From contig CAVUSO010000001.1 of the NCBI GenBank assembly GCA_963744145.1, positions 800,001 to 864,000 of the forward strand: a stretch of 64,000 nucleotides of DNA, written 5' to 3'. The position numbers were made by a program, and so were the translations under genes. This document shows positions 38,037 to 47,880 of the stretch, piece by piece (position 1 is the first letter of the stretch; the number at the start of each line of letters is the position of its first letter). The notes under the pieces are model-generated. The model was given only the letters and a program-made list of their open reading frames with translations, was not told the origin of the DNA and searched no databases. This DNA is from an uncultured cyanobacterium. GTDB taxonomy: Bacteria; Cyanobacteriota; Cyanobacteriia; Cyanobacteriales; CAWUOF01.

Positions 38037-39179
38037 GTGGTTGCCACTGTGCAAACAACGGATCACGATATATCCTCTACCTTAAGCAGTCAAGATCGGG
38101 TTGCTGTCTTGCTGATGGGTTATGGTGAAGTGGAAAGCTATGCTGATTTTGCCAATTACAATGAACAAGCTTTAAATTTATTGACAGCAAAGTTCGCTCC
38201 TGTACCTACCTGGATTTATCCACCCTTAGCTAAACTATTAGCGATTTTTGACTTACATGAGTGGGATCATCAACACGGACATTTTATTTCCCCTCATAAT
38301 GCTATTTTTGAGCAGCAACGCGCCGGAGTAGAAAAATATTTGCAAGCAAAATGGGGCGATCGCGTACAAGTTTTCAAAGCTTTTAACTTTTGCGCTCCTT
38401 TTCTTCCTGAGCAAGTTTTAGCGGAAATTAAAGCAGCAGGATTTGATAAAATTCTGATCTATCCCTTGTTGGTAGTTGATTCAATTTTTACCAGTGGGAT
38501 TGCAGTTGAACAGGTGAATAAAGCCCTGACTAAATTAAGTGATGGGGGTGAACATTGGGTTAAAGGTCAGCGTTATATCCCTTCTTTCTATAACCAACCT
38601 GACTATATTGATTTGCTAGCTCAGTTAGTTGCTGCAAAAATTAAAACTGATTTAGCTGTAGCACATTTACCATCTCAAACTGGAATTGTGTTAATGAATC
38701 ATGGTTGTCCTCATAAAGCGAAAGGTTTTACTTCAGGAATTGATGAAAGTCAAGCTCTTTATGAAGCGGTGAGGGAACGTTTAATCGATCGTTATCCTTT
38801 AATTTCGATCGGTTGGTTAAATCACGATACTCCTTTGATTGAGTGGACTCAACCTGATGCGAAATTAGCTGCTCAAAATCTGATTGAATTGGGAGCAACA
38901 GCAGTAATTTTTATGCCGATCGGTTTTGCGACGGAAAACCATGAAACTTTATTGGATGTAGATCATATTATCCATGCGGTTGCTCGGAAATATCCTCATG
39001 TGCGATATGTGCAAATGTCTTGTGTTAATGAGAATACAGAGTTTCTTCAGATGGTAGCGCGATGGGCTGATCCTCAGATTGAAGCGTTGTTAAACGAAAT
39101 GAGTTTAACTGTTAATCCTGGTTTAGCTTCCGGTCATCATCACCATGATCATGATCATGATCATCATCACCATCACTAG
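38037..39179 (+). CDS. Ferrochelatase-family chelatase with a His/Asp tail
   Basis: VLLMGYG, WTQP and PIGFATENHETL motifs. C-terminal HHHHDHDHDHHHHH. Confidence 0.88.
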   Translation: MVATVQTTDHDISSTLSSQDRVAVLLMGYGEVESYADFANYNEQALNLLTAKFAPVPTWIYPPLAKLLAIFDLHEWDHQHGHFISPHNAIFEQQRAGVEKYLQAKWGDRVQVFKAFNFCAPFLPEQVLAEIKAAGFDKILIYPLLVVDSIFTSGIAVEQVNKALTKLSDGGEHWVKGQRYIPSFYNQPDYIDLLAQLVAAKIKTDLAVAHLPSQTGIVLMNHGCPHKAKGFTSGIDESQALYEAVRERLIDRYPLISIGWLNHDTPLIEWTQPDAKLAAQNLIELGATAVIFMPIGFATENHETLLDVDHIIHAVARKYPHVRYVQMSCVNENTEFLQMVARWADPQIEALLNEMSLTVNPGLASGHHHHDHDHDHHHHH

Positions 39180-39195
39180 ATATTGGTCAATTGTT

Positions 39196-39235
39196 TGACC
39201 TCTCCCCCAACCCCTCTCCTCAGAGGAGAGGGGAG
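39196..39235. repeat. REP-like hairpin, family C (second copy at 59812-59851)
   Basis: TGACCTCTCCCCCAACCCCTCTCCTCAGAGGAGAGGGGAG. Confidence 0.75.
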
Positions 39236-39240
39236 TAGAA

Positions 39241-39366
39241 TAGACAAGAAAGCAAAAATAAATAGGACAGGCAAGATGCCTGTCCCACAAAAGTGATTTT
39301 TTCTGGTGGGACAGGCATCTTGCCTGTCAATAAATAGATCAATAAGGACTTTTGCTTTCTTGTCTA
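39241..39366. mobile_element. MITE family B with 17-bp terminal inverted repeats
   Basis: TAGACAAGAAAGCAAAA ... TTTTGCTTTCTTGTCTA around a REP doublet. Confidence 0.88.
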
Positions 39367-39375
39367 ATGATTATT

Positions 39376-39497
39376 GCGATCGATCCTAATTTGGAACAGG
39401 AAAGATTCTGAGGATTATATTGTAATGAATTGGCTCGGGTCACCCAACCGCGATCGCGTTACCAACTAAACTAATCAATCCTCTAACTATTACTAAT
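39376..39497 (+). pseudogene. Diverged internal fragment of the PARG-like gene
   Basis: Aligns to about 41435-41558 with scattered substitutions. Confidence 0.85.
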
Positions 39498-39513
39498 ATG
39501 TCAAGAACAATGT

Positions 39514-40875
39514 GTGATGAAGCTACTAAAATTTTTTGATCGCGAACAGACTATTGCCCCACCTGACTATAACCGTTGGGTCATTGTGATTGCAGCTCTA
39601 TCTATCCATCTTTGCATCGGACAGGTTTATGGATTTAGTGTCTTTAATTTGCCCCTCACCAAACTCATTGGGATCACTCAAAGCGATCCTCAAGATTGGA
39701 ACTTATCGACTTTAGGTTGGATTTTTCCCTGCGCGATCGCCGTTCTAGGAATTTCCGCTACCATATTTAGCGAATGGGTGGAACGGGATGGTCCCCGCAA
39801 AGCAATGTTTGTCGCTGCACTTTGTTTTAGTGGTGGTTTTTTTGTGTCAGCGATCGGTGTAGCAGTTCATCAAATACTTTTATTGTGCTTGGGTTATGGA
39901 GTTTTGGGAGGTATTGGTTTAGGAATTGGCTATATTTCTCCTATTTCTACTCTGATCAAATGGTTCCCTGATCGACCAGGTATGGCAACGGGTTTAGCAA
40001 TTATGGGTTTTGGTGGTGGTGCGATTATTAGCTCCCCTTTTGCAGTGAACTTAATGGAATTTTTTCAGTCACCTACATCGGTTGGGGTGACGCCTACTTT
40101 CTTGACAATGGGGGTGATTTATTTCTGCATAATGATGGTAGGTGTAGTTTTTGTGCGTGTTCCCCCTACCGATTGGCAACCAGCCAACTATCAACCGAAT
40201 TGGCGATCGCAGCTCCTAGTTACCACCGTCGATGTATCCCCTGACAATGCCATCCGCACACCACAATTTTGGTTACTTTGTGTGATGTTATCCGCTAACC
40301 TCACAGCCGGGATGGGTATTCTGAGTCAAGCATCGCCAATGATTCAGGAAATTTTTCAAGTTTCGCCACAAGAGGGAGCAATATTTGTGTCATTGCTCAG
40401 TGTGTTTAATATGCTTGGGCGTTTGATTTGGTCGTCTTTATCTGATTATCTGGGACGCAAGCGCACCTATTTTGTATTTTTCGGCTTAGGTATTATCCTG
40501 TATCCGGTCATTCCTCTGATCGGTAAACTTGGCAATACCGTTTTGTTCGATGTTTGTTTTTGTATCGTCTTAAGTACCTATGGTGGTGTAGTTGCCACCC
40601 TTCCAGCCTATTTGCGCGATCTATTTGGCACAATGTATGTAGGAGTAATTCACGCTAGATTGATCGCTGCTCACTCAGTATTAGGTGTCTTATGTCCTAT
40701 TTTAGTCAACTATATTCGCGAGTACCAAATCAAAATTGGTGTACCGAAGCTTGATTCCTATGCGTTGATGATGTATATCATGGCAGGTTTTCTCTTGATC
40801 GGCTTACTAGCAAATTTGCTAGTAGGGGCTGTTGATTCCAAATACCACCATGTCTTACCCACACCTAGTCAATGA
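39514..40875 (+). CDS. OFA-family MFS transporter
   Basis: IKWFPDRPGMATGLAIMGFGGG motif and about 12 TM segments. Confidence 0.93.
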   Translation: MMKLLKFFDREQTIAPPDYNRWVIVIAALSIHLCIGQVYGFSVFNLPLTKLIGITQSDPQDWNLSTLGWIFPCAIAVLGISATIFSEWVERDGPRKAMFVAALCFSGGFFVSAIGVAVHQILLLCLGYGVLGGIGLGIGYISPISTLIKWFPDRPGMATGLAIMGFGGGAIISSPFAVNLMEFFQSPTSVGVTPTFLTMGVIYFCIMMVGVVFVRVPPTDWQPANYQPNWRSQLLVTTVDVSPDNAIRTPQFWLLCVMLSANLTAGMGILSQASPMIQEIFQVSPQEGAIFVSLLSVFNMLGRLIWSSLSDYLGRKRTYFVFFGLGIILYPVIPLIGKLGNTVLFDVCFCIVLSTYGGVVATLPAYLRDLFGTMYVGVIHARLIAAHSVLGVLCPILVNYIREYQIKIGVPKLDSYALMMYIMAGFLLIGLLANLLVGAVDSKYHHVLPTPSQ

Positions 40876-40954
40876 CCATCAGCGATCGCGATTACAAATA
40901 TCTGAAGTATTAAGATATAATTAAACCTAAGAATATCAAACATGGGTTCTGGGT

Positions 40955-41965
40955 ATGGATGAACTATTAGAATATCTAATTTATCGTTTTTCTTTCAAAA
41001 CACAAGACCTGGTAAATTCATCACCACCAAAACTAGATCACCCTCATAAAAATATTGTTTATGAAATTGCTTGTCCACCTGATTCTATTCACAAGGGTAA
41101 GTTAGAGTTTTCCCGTTGGTATCCCATTCCCTTACCGGATATTATGACTCCAGCGTATCAAAGAATAGTGTGGGAAGCAAGAACAGATTACTTTGGTTAT
41201 GAACCAAACAGTAATCTTCAGGAGATTGATTGGTATCTAAATTTTGCCGATCCGGATCTGTTTGTTGCTTATGGTAGTCCTCTGTTTGCTCAAGATGAAA
41301 TCCAAGTCGCTGAACATCCAGCTCTAGCTTCTCTCCGAGAGGCTTTATTAAATGCTAAGATTAAACCCTTAACTGTAGAAGATGGTAATCCTACTCCGAT
41401 TTTAATTCGGGGGGTAGAACGACGTTGTGCGATCGCGATCGATCCTAATTCGGAACAGGAAAGACCTTTAGGATTATATGGTAATAAATTTGCTCGGGCA
41501 ACCCCTAATGCGATCGCGTTAGCAACTAAACTAATCAATCCTCCAACTATGACTAATCTGATCGCGATCGCCGCACCAAGAAATAAATACGGTTTCTATG
41601 CTGAGGAAGAAATCGAGAATATTCTTTTAACAGCTTTTACTGGTTTTTTAGCAGCAAAAATTGATTCTTCTCTTCTATCTTCTCATCCAAGAAATGTGGT
41701 AATTCATACGGGTTTTTGGGGATGTGGAGCATTTGGAGGTAATCGGGTTTTGATGGCTCTTTTGCAACTAATAGCAGCGATGTTAGCAGAAATCGATCGA
41801 TTAGTTTTTCATACTGGTGACTCGAGCGGTCTTCAATCTTTTAGAATGGCTCAACAAATCCTAGATGAAGAATTAATCGCAGACAGTGCTTTAATCGAAA
41901 TCTCTACTTTAATTGAGAATATTTATGAAATGAGATTTCAATGGGGAATAAGTGATGGTAATTAG
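40955..41965 (+). CDS. PARG-like macrodomain protein
   Basis: LNFAD, FAQDEI and TGFWGCGAFGG resemble the PARG signatures DFAN, QEEI and TGNWGCGAFGG. Confidence 0.75.
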   Translation: MDELLEYLIYRFSFKTQDLVNSSPPKLDHPHKNIVYEIACPPDSIHKGKLEFSRWYPIPLPDIMTPAYQRIVWEARTDYFGYEPNSNLQEIDWYLNFADPDLFVAYGSPLFAQDEIQVAEHPALASLREALLNAKIKPLTVEDGNPTPILIRGVERRCAIAIDPNSEQERPLGLYGNKFARATPNAIALATKLINPPTMTNLIAIAAPRNKYGFYAEEEIENILLTAFTGFLAAKIDSSLLSSHPRNVVIHTGFWGCGAFGGNRVLMALLQLIAAMLAEIDRLVFHTGDSSGLQSFRMAQQILDEELIADSALIEISTLIENIYEMRFQWGISDGN

Positions 41966-41975
41966 TCCAATTTAT

Positions 41976-42122
41976 GGACAGGCAAGATGCCTGTCCCACC
42001 AGAAAAAATCACTTTTGTGGGACAGGCATCTTGCCTGTCCTATTTATTTTTGTTTTCCAGAAAAAATCACTTTTGTGGGACAGGCATCTTGCCTGTCCTA
42101 TTTATTTTTGTTTTCTTGTCTA
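41976..42122. mobile_element. MITE family B copy with a ~58-bp internal duplication
   Basis: Three REP units. Ends TTTTCTTGTCTA, overlapping the stop codon of the DUF11 gene. Confidence 0.85.
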
Positions 42123-45100
42123 ATTAACACTAACTCGGAACCTCACAAACCCAAAATTCTGTCCAGAACTATTAGAAACATTATTAATATTAACCACTAC
42201 AGCACCATTACTATTACTCGAATTACCACAAGAAGTCCCCGAAGGTAAAGGAGCTAAAGGAGAGAAAAACGTACCTCCATCACCATCTTGAGCATTAGTC
42301 AATAAAGTCACAGTTCCAGCTTGATTAAGTTGAATTCCACTACTAGCACTAAAGGTATTCGGTACAAAAGTAGTATTAGTGGGAATTAAATCACAGAAAC
42401 TAACTTTCTGAACTGGTGCACTACCATCAGCTAAAAAGTAAATCGTATACTCTAACTGATCACCACTACGCAGCGCAGTTGTATTATTGAGACTATATAT
42501 CCCCACCGGTAAATGTCCTGTCCAACCAGAAACATTATCATTATTATCTTGGGGATCTTTGACAAAATCAGTAAAATTAGTGGTTACACCCTGTTGAGTA
42601 ATTGCAGTGATCCGCTTCACCAAACGGAACCCTGATCCACCCGAATTAGGTATGGAGATCGATGATTTATCTGGTTCACTGAAATCATTATTATTAGGTC
42701 GAGAGTTAGGATCATATTGATTCGCTGCAATCACTTGAGCATAATTAACCGCAGGAACACTGATTACACGAGTCGTCAATTGTAAAGTAGCAGCTTGTTG
42801 ATTAGCGATCGTCCCGATATTCCAAACACCAGTAGTGGGATTATAAGTTCCTTGACTAGCTGTAGCACTCAGAAAGGTTAACTGTGTCGGAATTAAATCT
42901 CTCAACAAAACACCAGTGGCTGTATCTGGTCCATTATTTGTTACCTTAACTGTATAAGTCACATTACCACCAACACCCACATTGGCATTATCAACAGTTT
43001 TAGTTACACTTAAAGCAGCGACTTGTGTGGGGAGGGTGAGAGTATCCTCATTATTAGCAGGATTAGGATCATTTTGGTCAGAGTGAGTAATTACAGCGGT
43101 ATTAGTTACCGGAATGCTATTTACGGTGACTGTAATTTGTAAAGTTGCAGTACCACCATTCGCTAGACTACCGACATTCCATTGTCCAGTAGTTGAGTTA
43201 TAAGTACCTTGAGAAGGAGTAGCTTTCACAAAAGATTCACCCGTGGGTATTTGCTCAAGAACTTGAACTCCTGTAGCATTATTCGGACCATTATTACCAA
43301 GGGTGATCGTATAAGTAACCTGTTGTCCAGCAGTGGGACTAAAATTATTAACAGATTTAGTAATTTTTAAATCTGCATCACCAGAAGGAACAGTTACTCG
43401 TGATTCATTATTGTAAGGATTAGGATCGGGTTGATCAGCTTTAACAATAGCAACATTAGTTTGAGGTACAGCGGTAACATTAGCAGTAACTTGGAGAGTT
43501 GCTAAAGCTCCATAAGACAAATTTCCAATACTCCAAATCCCTGTAGTCGGATTATAAGTCCCTACCGACGCAGTTGCTCCGACAAAAGTTAGTCCTGATG
43601 GTAATTGATCAACTACATTCACTCCGGTAGCATCATTTGGACCGTTATTAGTCACCTGGATTGTATAGACAGCTTGTTGTCCGACTCCTACAGCAGAATT
43701 ATTAACGGTTTTGATCACTCTTAAATCAGCAGGTGATAAAGGAACCGTAACTGTCGCTTGATTATTACCAGGATTAGGATCAGGTTGATTAGCTGTCACT
43801 AAAGCACGGTTGGTGAAAGGAATACTCGTTACCGTAGCAGTAATTTGGAGAGTTGCGATCGCTCCATTCGCTAAATTACCAATACTCCAGATTCCGGTTG
43901 TCGGATTATAAGTACCTACTGAAGGAGTAGCACTTACAAAACTCAATCCACTGGGTAATGGATCACTGACACTGGTTCCCGTCGCATCATTTGGACCATT
44001 ATTTGTTACCCGTAAAGTATAGGTTATTTGTTGACCTACTGTAGCTGTGGTGTTATCAATAGTTTTAGTAATTCCTAAATCAGTGGGTGATAAAGGAATC
44101 GTGAGACTAACTTGGTTATTAGCAGGATAGGGATCGGGTTGATCACCTTGGACTACAGCAGTATTGACGATCGGAGTGTTTGTGCTATTGACGATTACAG
44201 TAATTTTGAGAGTTGCTACAGCTCCACTAGGTAAATTGCCGATCGTCCAAATTCCCGTGACTGGATTATAAGTACCGATCGAGGGAATAAAACTAACTAA
44301 TTGCACTCCTGGTGGAAGCAGATCAGTTACTTTTACTCCGGTAGCATTATTCGGACTATTATTTGTTACCTGTAAAGTATAGGTTACCTGTTGACCCGGT
44401 GTTGGTACTGGATTATCAACTATTTCGGTAATCCCCAAATCAACGGGAGGTTGAGTAGTAGTAGTCTGAGGAATTGTTAAGCTGGTTTGATTATTTTGAG
44501 GATTATTATCAGTAGTTGTAGCACTAACAGTGGCATTATTAGTCACAGGAAGACTATTAACTGTTGCAGTAATTTGCAGAGTTACCTTACCCCCATTAGC
44601 TAGATTACCAATCGTCCATTGTCCTGTGCTGGGGTTATAAATTCCTTGACTAGCTGTTGCACTAATAAAAGTCAATCCTGAAGGAATTTGATCAACTACG
44701 TTAACTCCAGTTGCATCATTTGGACCGTTATTATTGACTTGGAGGGTATAAGTAACCTGACTACCAACACTGGGATTAAGATTATTAGCAGTTTTACTAA
44801 TACTTAAATCTGCATTTACTCCTGTGGAAGTCATTGGAGTACCAATCACGATCGGAGTCGGATCGGTAGGACCTGGTAAAAGTGGATAATCCGTCAGGGT
44901 CGGGGGAAAATTACTACCAGTAACTGTACCTTGGTTATTAATAGTTGTTCCCGCAGCAATTCCTGGATTTAACTTGACTCGGAATTTAGCTGTAGTAGTC
45001 GTACCGGTGTTAAGAGTACCTCCATTACTAGAATTTGCTCCCGTTCCTAACCGAAATACAATAGTAGATCCGACGATTTCCGCTTGATCATCATTAGTCG

Positions 45101-47855
45101 TATCTGTTTTCGCTACACCATCGATCGATAAACTACCAGGTACATAAGTGGTATTTGGTGGAAGTGGATCAACCAAAATCACATTGTTAGCTGTACTGAT
45201 GCTAGTTACAGCGATCGTATATTCCACTACATCTCCAGAAACAGGAATACCATTATTATTAATATCTTGGACAAGAGCCGCAGTTTTGATAGCACTAACT
45301 GCACCAGGAGCAGGAGTATTAGCACCAAGAGGAACAACTGTCGGATCTTGAGCCCCTGGTTTACTCGGATCATCAGTTAACGTGGTAGGAAGATTCGTCC
45401 CACTAACACTTCCTTGGTTAACTAATTGAGTAGTCCCACTAGGGAGAGGATTATTAACAGTTACTTTATAAGTAATAGTCACACTACCACTAACTGGAAT
45501 ACTGCCAATATTAACATTAACTGTCTTATTACCAGGAGTATTACCAGAAGTAATAGAACTCCCAGTAGGAGCAGTTACAGAACCGCTAACTAGAGTAGTA
45601 TTACCATCAGGAGTATCAGCATAAACCACACCAGTTGCAGCAATACTACTATTGTTGACGAGAGTAATTGTGTATAAAAGGGTATCTCCTGAAGCAACAA
45701 CACCATTACCATTGACATCCACTACTAATGCAGCAGTTTTAGTAGCGGTAACTGTTGCTGATGTGGGTGTACCTGATGTGGATGGACTAACAGGAGTAAT
45801 CGTAGGAGCAGGAGGACTAGAATTTGTTTGACTTGGATTGCTAGTTAGGATAGTTGGGATATTACTACCAGTCACACTACCTTGATTACCAACTTGTTTA
45901 ACTGTTGCTGGTAAAGGATTATTAATTTTGACATCATAGGTAACTGTTTTGATATCTCCAGCTTCTAGATTAGCCATATTAACTCTAATGCTAGTATCAC
46001 CAGTATTGTTACCGCTGAGTACAACTCCTCCACCAGTAGCAGTGACCGAACCAATCACGATCGTCGTATTAGGATCAGGAAAGTCATTAAAAAATACTCC
46101 TGTTGCTCTGGTCCCGCTATTAGTCATGGTGATCGTATATCTTAAAGTATCACCAGGAGCTGCCGGATTATTACCATTCAGATCTACAACGCTTTTGGTA
46201 GCAGTAACATTTGGCTGATTAGCAAATATGATCAGGTTACCTATGGTAGGTTGACCTGTAAAATAGATCCAAGTGTCGAGCGCTTGGTTATTACCCCATC
46301 CATTGGAATCACCATCATCACCAAAAGCGTGGTAGTTACCTGAATTTGTCCCAGTTCCGTAAATAGGATTAGTATATAAAGGGTTAGGAGCGGGAGGGTT
46401 ATTACCAACAGACATTGTATAGGCAACACCCGCAGGCTTGTTATCATAGTAGTAATCTCCAGGAGTAGGAATATTATTATCATCGTAGTAAGCTGTGGTC
46501 GCATCAGTGCCAGGAGTAAAAGGACCAGGAGGATTAAGTAAGTCAAAAGTTAACCCGTTAATATTATCTTCTACATCTAGCATCGGGAAATGATATTCAC
46601 CTGATCTGACGGTAATCTGAAAGCTATATTGACCTACAGGTAAAGCGACTCCGTTATTATCTGTACCATCCCAAGTAAAACTATTTGTACCGACGCTGCT
46701 TTGACTGCTGATAACTCTAACGATGTTGTTGTTGCTATCGAGAATCGCAATCTGAGAACTACCGTTGACGTTGCTAGTGTATTTGAATGTACCTCCAGCT
46801 CCCACTGGGGTAGTGTTTTTAATTAGTCCTGTAAATGAAGCATTAGTAACTTGGGGATTGATCGCAGTTGTATTAATTGGAGTGGGAAGAGTGTCTAAAG
46901 CTGGATCAGGTGGGTTGAAAAAGACTTTGTGAACGGGATTTTGAACTACCATACCCGCACTCAGAGAAACTGGGCTTGTACCATTAATTGTAGCACCAGG
47001 TGATGTAGCGCTGTGGTAAGATGGTTGGCCATTGGGATAAAGAATACCTTTGTTATTAGCTAAAAAGACAAAACCGTAGGGTTGCATCTGGTTGAGAGTA
47101 GTTTTATAAATAAACCCATCAGTAGTTAATACATATAAAGAGGAGTTAAGATAGGCAGATTGGTCTCCCAAATTCAACGCGAGCAGATCTGTATAAACTC
47201 GTCCTGTCTGGGTTTGGGTATTACCTGGATCTGTACGTACTGTCACATCCCAAGCGGCAGTAAGATTATTGTAGGTTGATTGATCCCATTGAGCTGTCGT
47301 CGATAGACCACCAGTTGGTAGGACGAAACTACCTTGATTGGTGTTGGGAGCAGGGGGGACAAACCGAACTTGCCAAATCCCACCTTGACCTGCACCTACT
47401 TGAACCAGACAGGGTTGATAACTACCTCCTGTACCAAAAACTCCAGTCGCTCCAGTTGTTCCGGTTCCTGGTCCATTCTGTTCCTCGGTGGGGTTAGCGA
47501 TCGCTCCTTTCCCAGGTTGAGTCAGGTTACAACTGATTGAACCACCACTAGGGGGAGTATACACAATATCTCCTGAACCATAGCCGATCGCACTCGATCC
47601 CATGTTGATCCATTCACCTGGTTGGACAGAAACGTCGATCACTGTATTGCGGAGAAAAGTAGCAGTATATGCTCCGTTAAAGGTTTCTAACCACGGACGA
47701 TCACCACCATTCGCAACTAAGTCTTTTGAACCTTCTGCTTGCACTGGTGTCGAGGTGAACAGATAAGATAATAATGGTAAGAGGTAAAGCCATTTTTTCG
47801 GGCTAGTTAAAATTGATGATGCTCGATCGCTAGGTTTTAATTTTGATTTCTTCAC
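42120..47855 (-). CDS. Large secreted DUF11-repeat surface protein (putative adhesin)
   Basis: Signal peptide (VQA-EG), FlgD-Ig-like FTWDGTD, nine DUF11/Ig-like repeats (DLxITKT..YT..V.NNGP), and a distinct C-terminal domain. Confidence 0.9.
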   Translation of the reverse strand: MKKSKLKPSDRASSILTSPKKWLYLLPLLSYLFTSTPVQAEGSKDLVANGGDRPWLETFNGAYTATFLRNTVIDVSVQPGEWINMGSSAIGYGSGDIVYTPPSGGSISCNLTQPGKGAIANPTEEQNGPGTGTTGATGVFGTGGSYQPCLVQVGAGQGGIWQVRFVPPAPNTNQGSFVLPTGGLSTTAQWDQSTYNNLTAAWDVTVRTDPGNTQTQTGRVYTDLLALNLGDQSAYLNSSLYVLTTDGFIYKTTLNQMQPYGFVFLANNKGILYPNGQPSYHSATSPGATINGTSPVSLSAGMVVQNPVHKVFFNPPDPALDTLPTPINTTAINPQVTNASFTGLIKNTTPVGAGGTFKYTSNVNGSSQIAILDSNNNIVRVISSQSSVGTNSFTWDGTDNNGVALPVGQYSFQITVRSGEYHFPMLDVEDNINGLTFDLLNPPGPFTPGTDATTAYYDDNNIPTPGDYYYDNKPAGVAYTMSVGNNPPAPNPLYTNPIYGTGTNSGNYHAFGDDGDSNGWGNNQALDTWIYFTGQPTIGNLIIFANQPNVTATKSVVDLNGNNPAAPGDTLRYTITMTNSGTRATGVFFNDFPDPNTTIVIGSVTATGGGVVLSGNNTGDTSIRVNMANLEAGDIKTVTYDVKINNPLPATVKQVGNQGSVTGSNIPTILTSNPSQTNSSPPAPTITPVSPSTSGTPTSATVTATKTAALVVDVNGNGVVASGDTLLYTITLVNNSSIAATGVVYADTPDGNTTLVSGSVTAPTGSSITSGNTPGNKTVNVNIGSIPVSGSVTITYKVTVNNPLPSGTTQLVNQGSVSGTNLPTTLTDDPSKPGAQDPTVVPLGANTPAPGAVSAIKTAALVQDINNNGIPVSGDVVEYTIAVTSISTANNVILVDPLPPNTTYVPGSLSIDGVAKTDTTNDDQAEIVGSTIVFRLGTGANSSNGGTLNTGTTTTAKFRVKLNPGIAAGTTINNQGTVTGSNFPPTLTDYPLLPGPTDPTPIVIGTPMTSTGVNADLSISKTANNLNPSVGSQVTYTLQVNNNGPNDATGVNVVDQIPSGLTFISATASQGIYNPSTGQWTIGNLANGGKVTLQITATVNSLPVTNNATVSATTTDNNPQNNQTSLTIPQTTTTQPPVDLGITEIVDNPVPTPGQQVTYTLQVTNNSPNNATGVKVTDLLPPGVQLVSFIPSIGTYNPVTGIWTIGNLPSGAVATLKITVIVNSTNTPIVNTAVVQGDQPDPYPANNQVSLTIPLSPTDLGITKTIDNTTATVGQQITYTLRVTNNGPNDATGTSVSDPLPSGLSFVSATPSVGTYNPTTGIWSIGNLANGAIATLQITATVTSIPFTNRALVTANQPDPNPGNNQATVTVPLSPADLRVIKTVNNSAVGVGQQAVYTIQVTNNGPNDATGVNVVDQLPSGLTFVGATASVGTYNPTTGIWSIGNLSYGALATLQVTANVTAVPQTNVAIVKADQPDPNPYNNESRVTVPSGDADLKITKSVNNFSPTAGQQVTYTITLGNNGPNNATGVQVLEQIPTGESFVKATPSQGTYNSTTGQWNVGSLANGGTATLQITVTVNSIPVTNTAVITHSDQNDPNPANNEDTLTLPTQVAALSVTKTVDNANVGVGGNVTYTVKVTNNGPDTATGVLLRDLIPTQLTFLSATASQGTYNPTTGVWNIGTIANQQAATLQLTTRVISVPAVNYAQVIAANQYDPNSRPNNNDFSEPDKSSISIPNSGGSGFRLVKRITAITQQGVTTNFTDFVKDPQDNNDNVSGWTGHLPVGIYSLNNTTALRSGDQLEYTIYFLADGSAPVQKVSFCDLIPTNTTFVPNTFSASSGIQLNQAGTVTLLTNAQDGDGGTFFSPLAPLPSGTSCGNSSNSNGAVVVNINNVSNSSGQNFGFVRFRVSVN

Positions 47856-47880
47856 GTTTTTCTCACTTTAAATAACTAAA

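Noticed and set aside
39376..41558. PARG fragment and gene as a DGR template/variable repeat pair
   Set aside because: Mismatches involve all bases and an indel, not adenine-specific changes.
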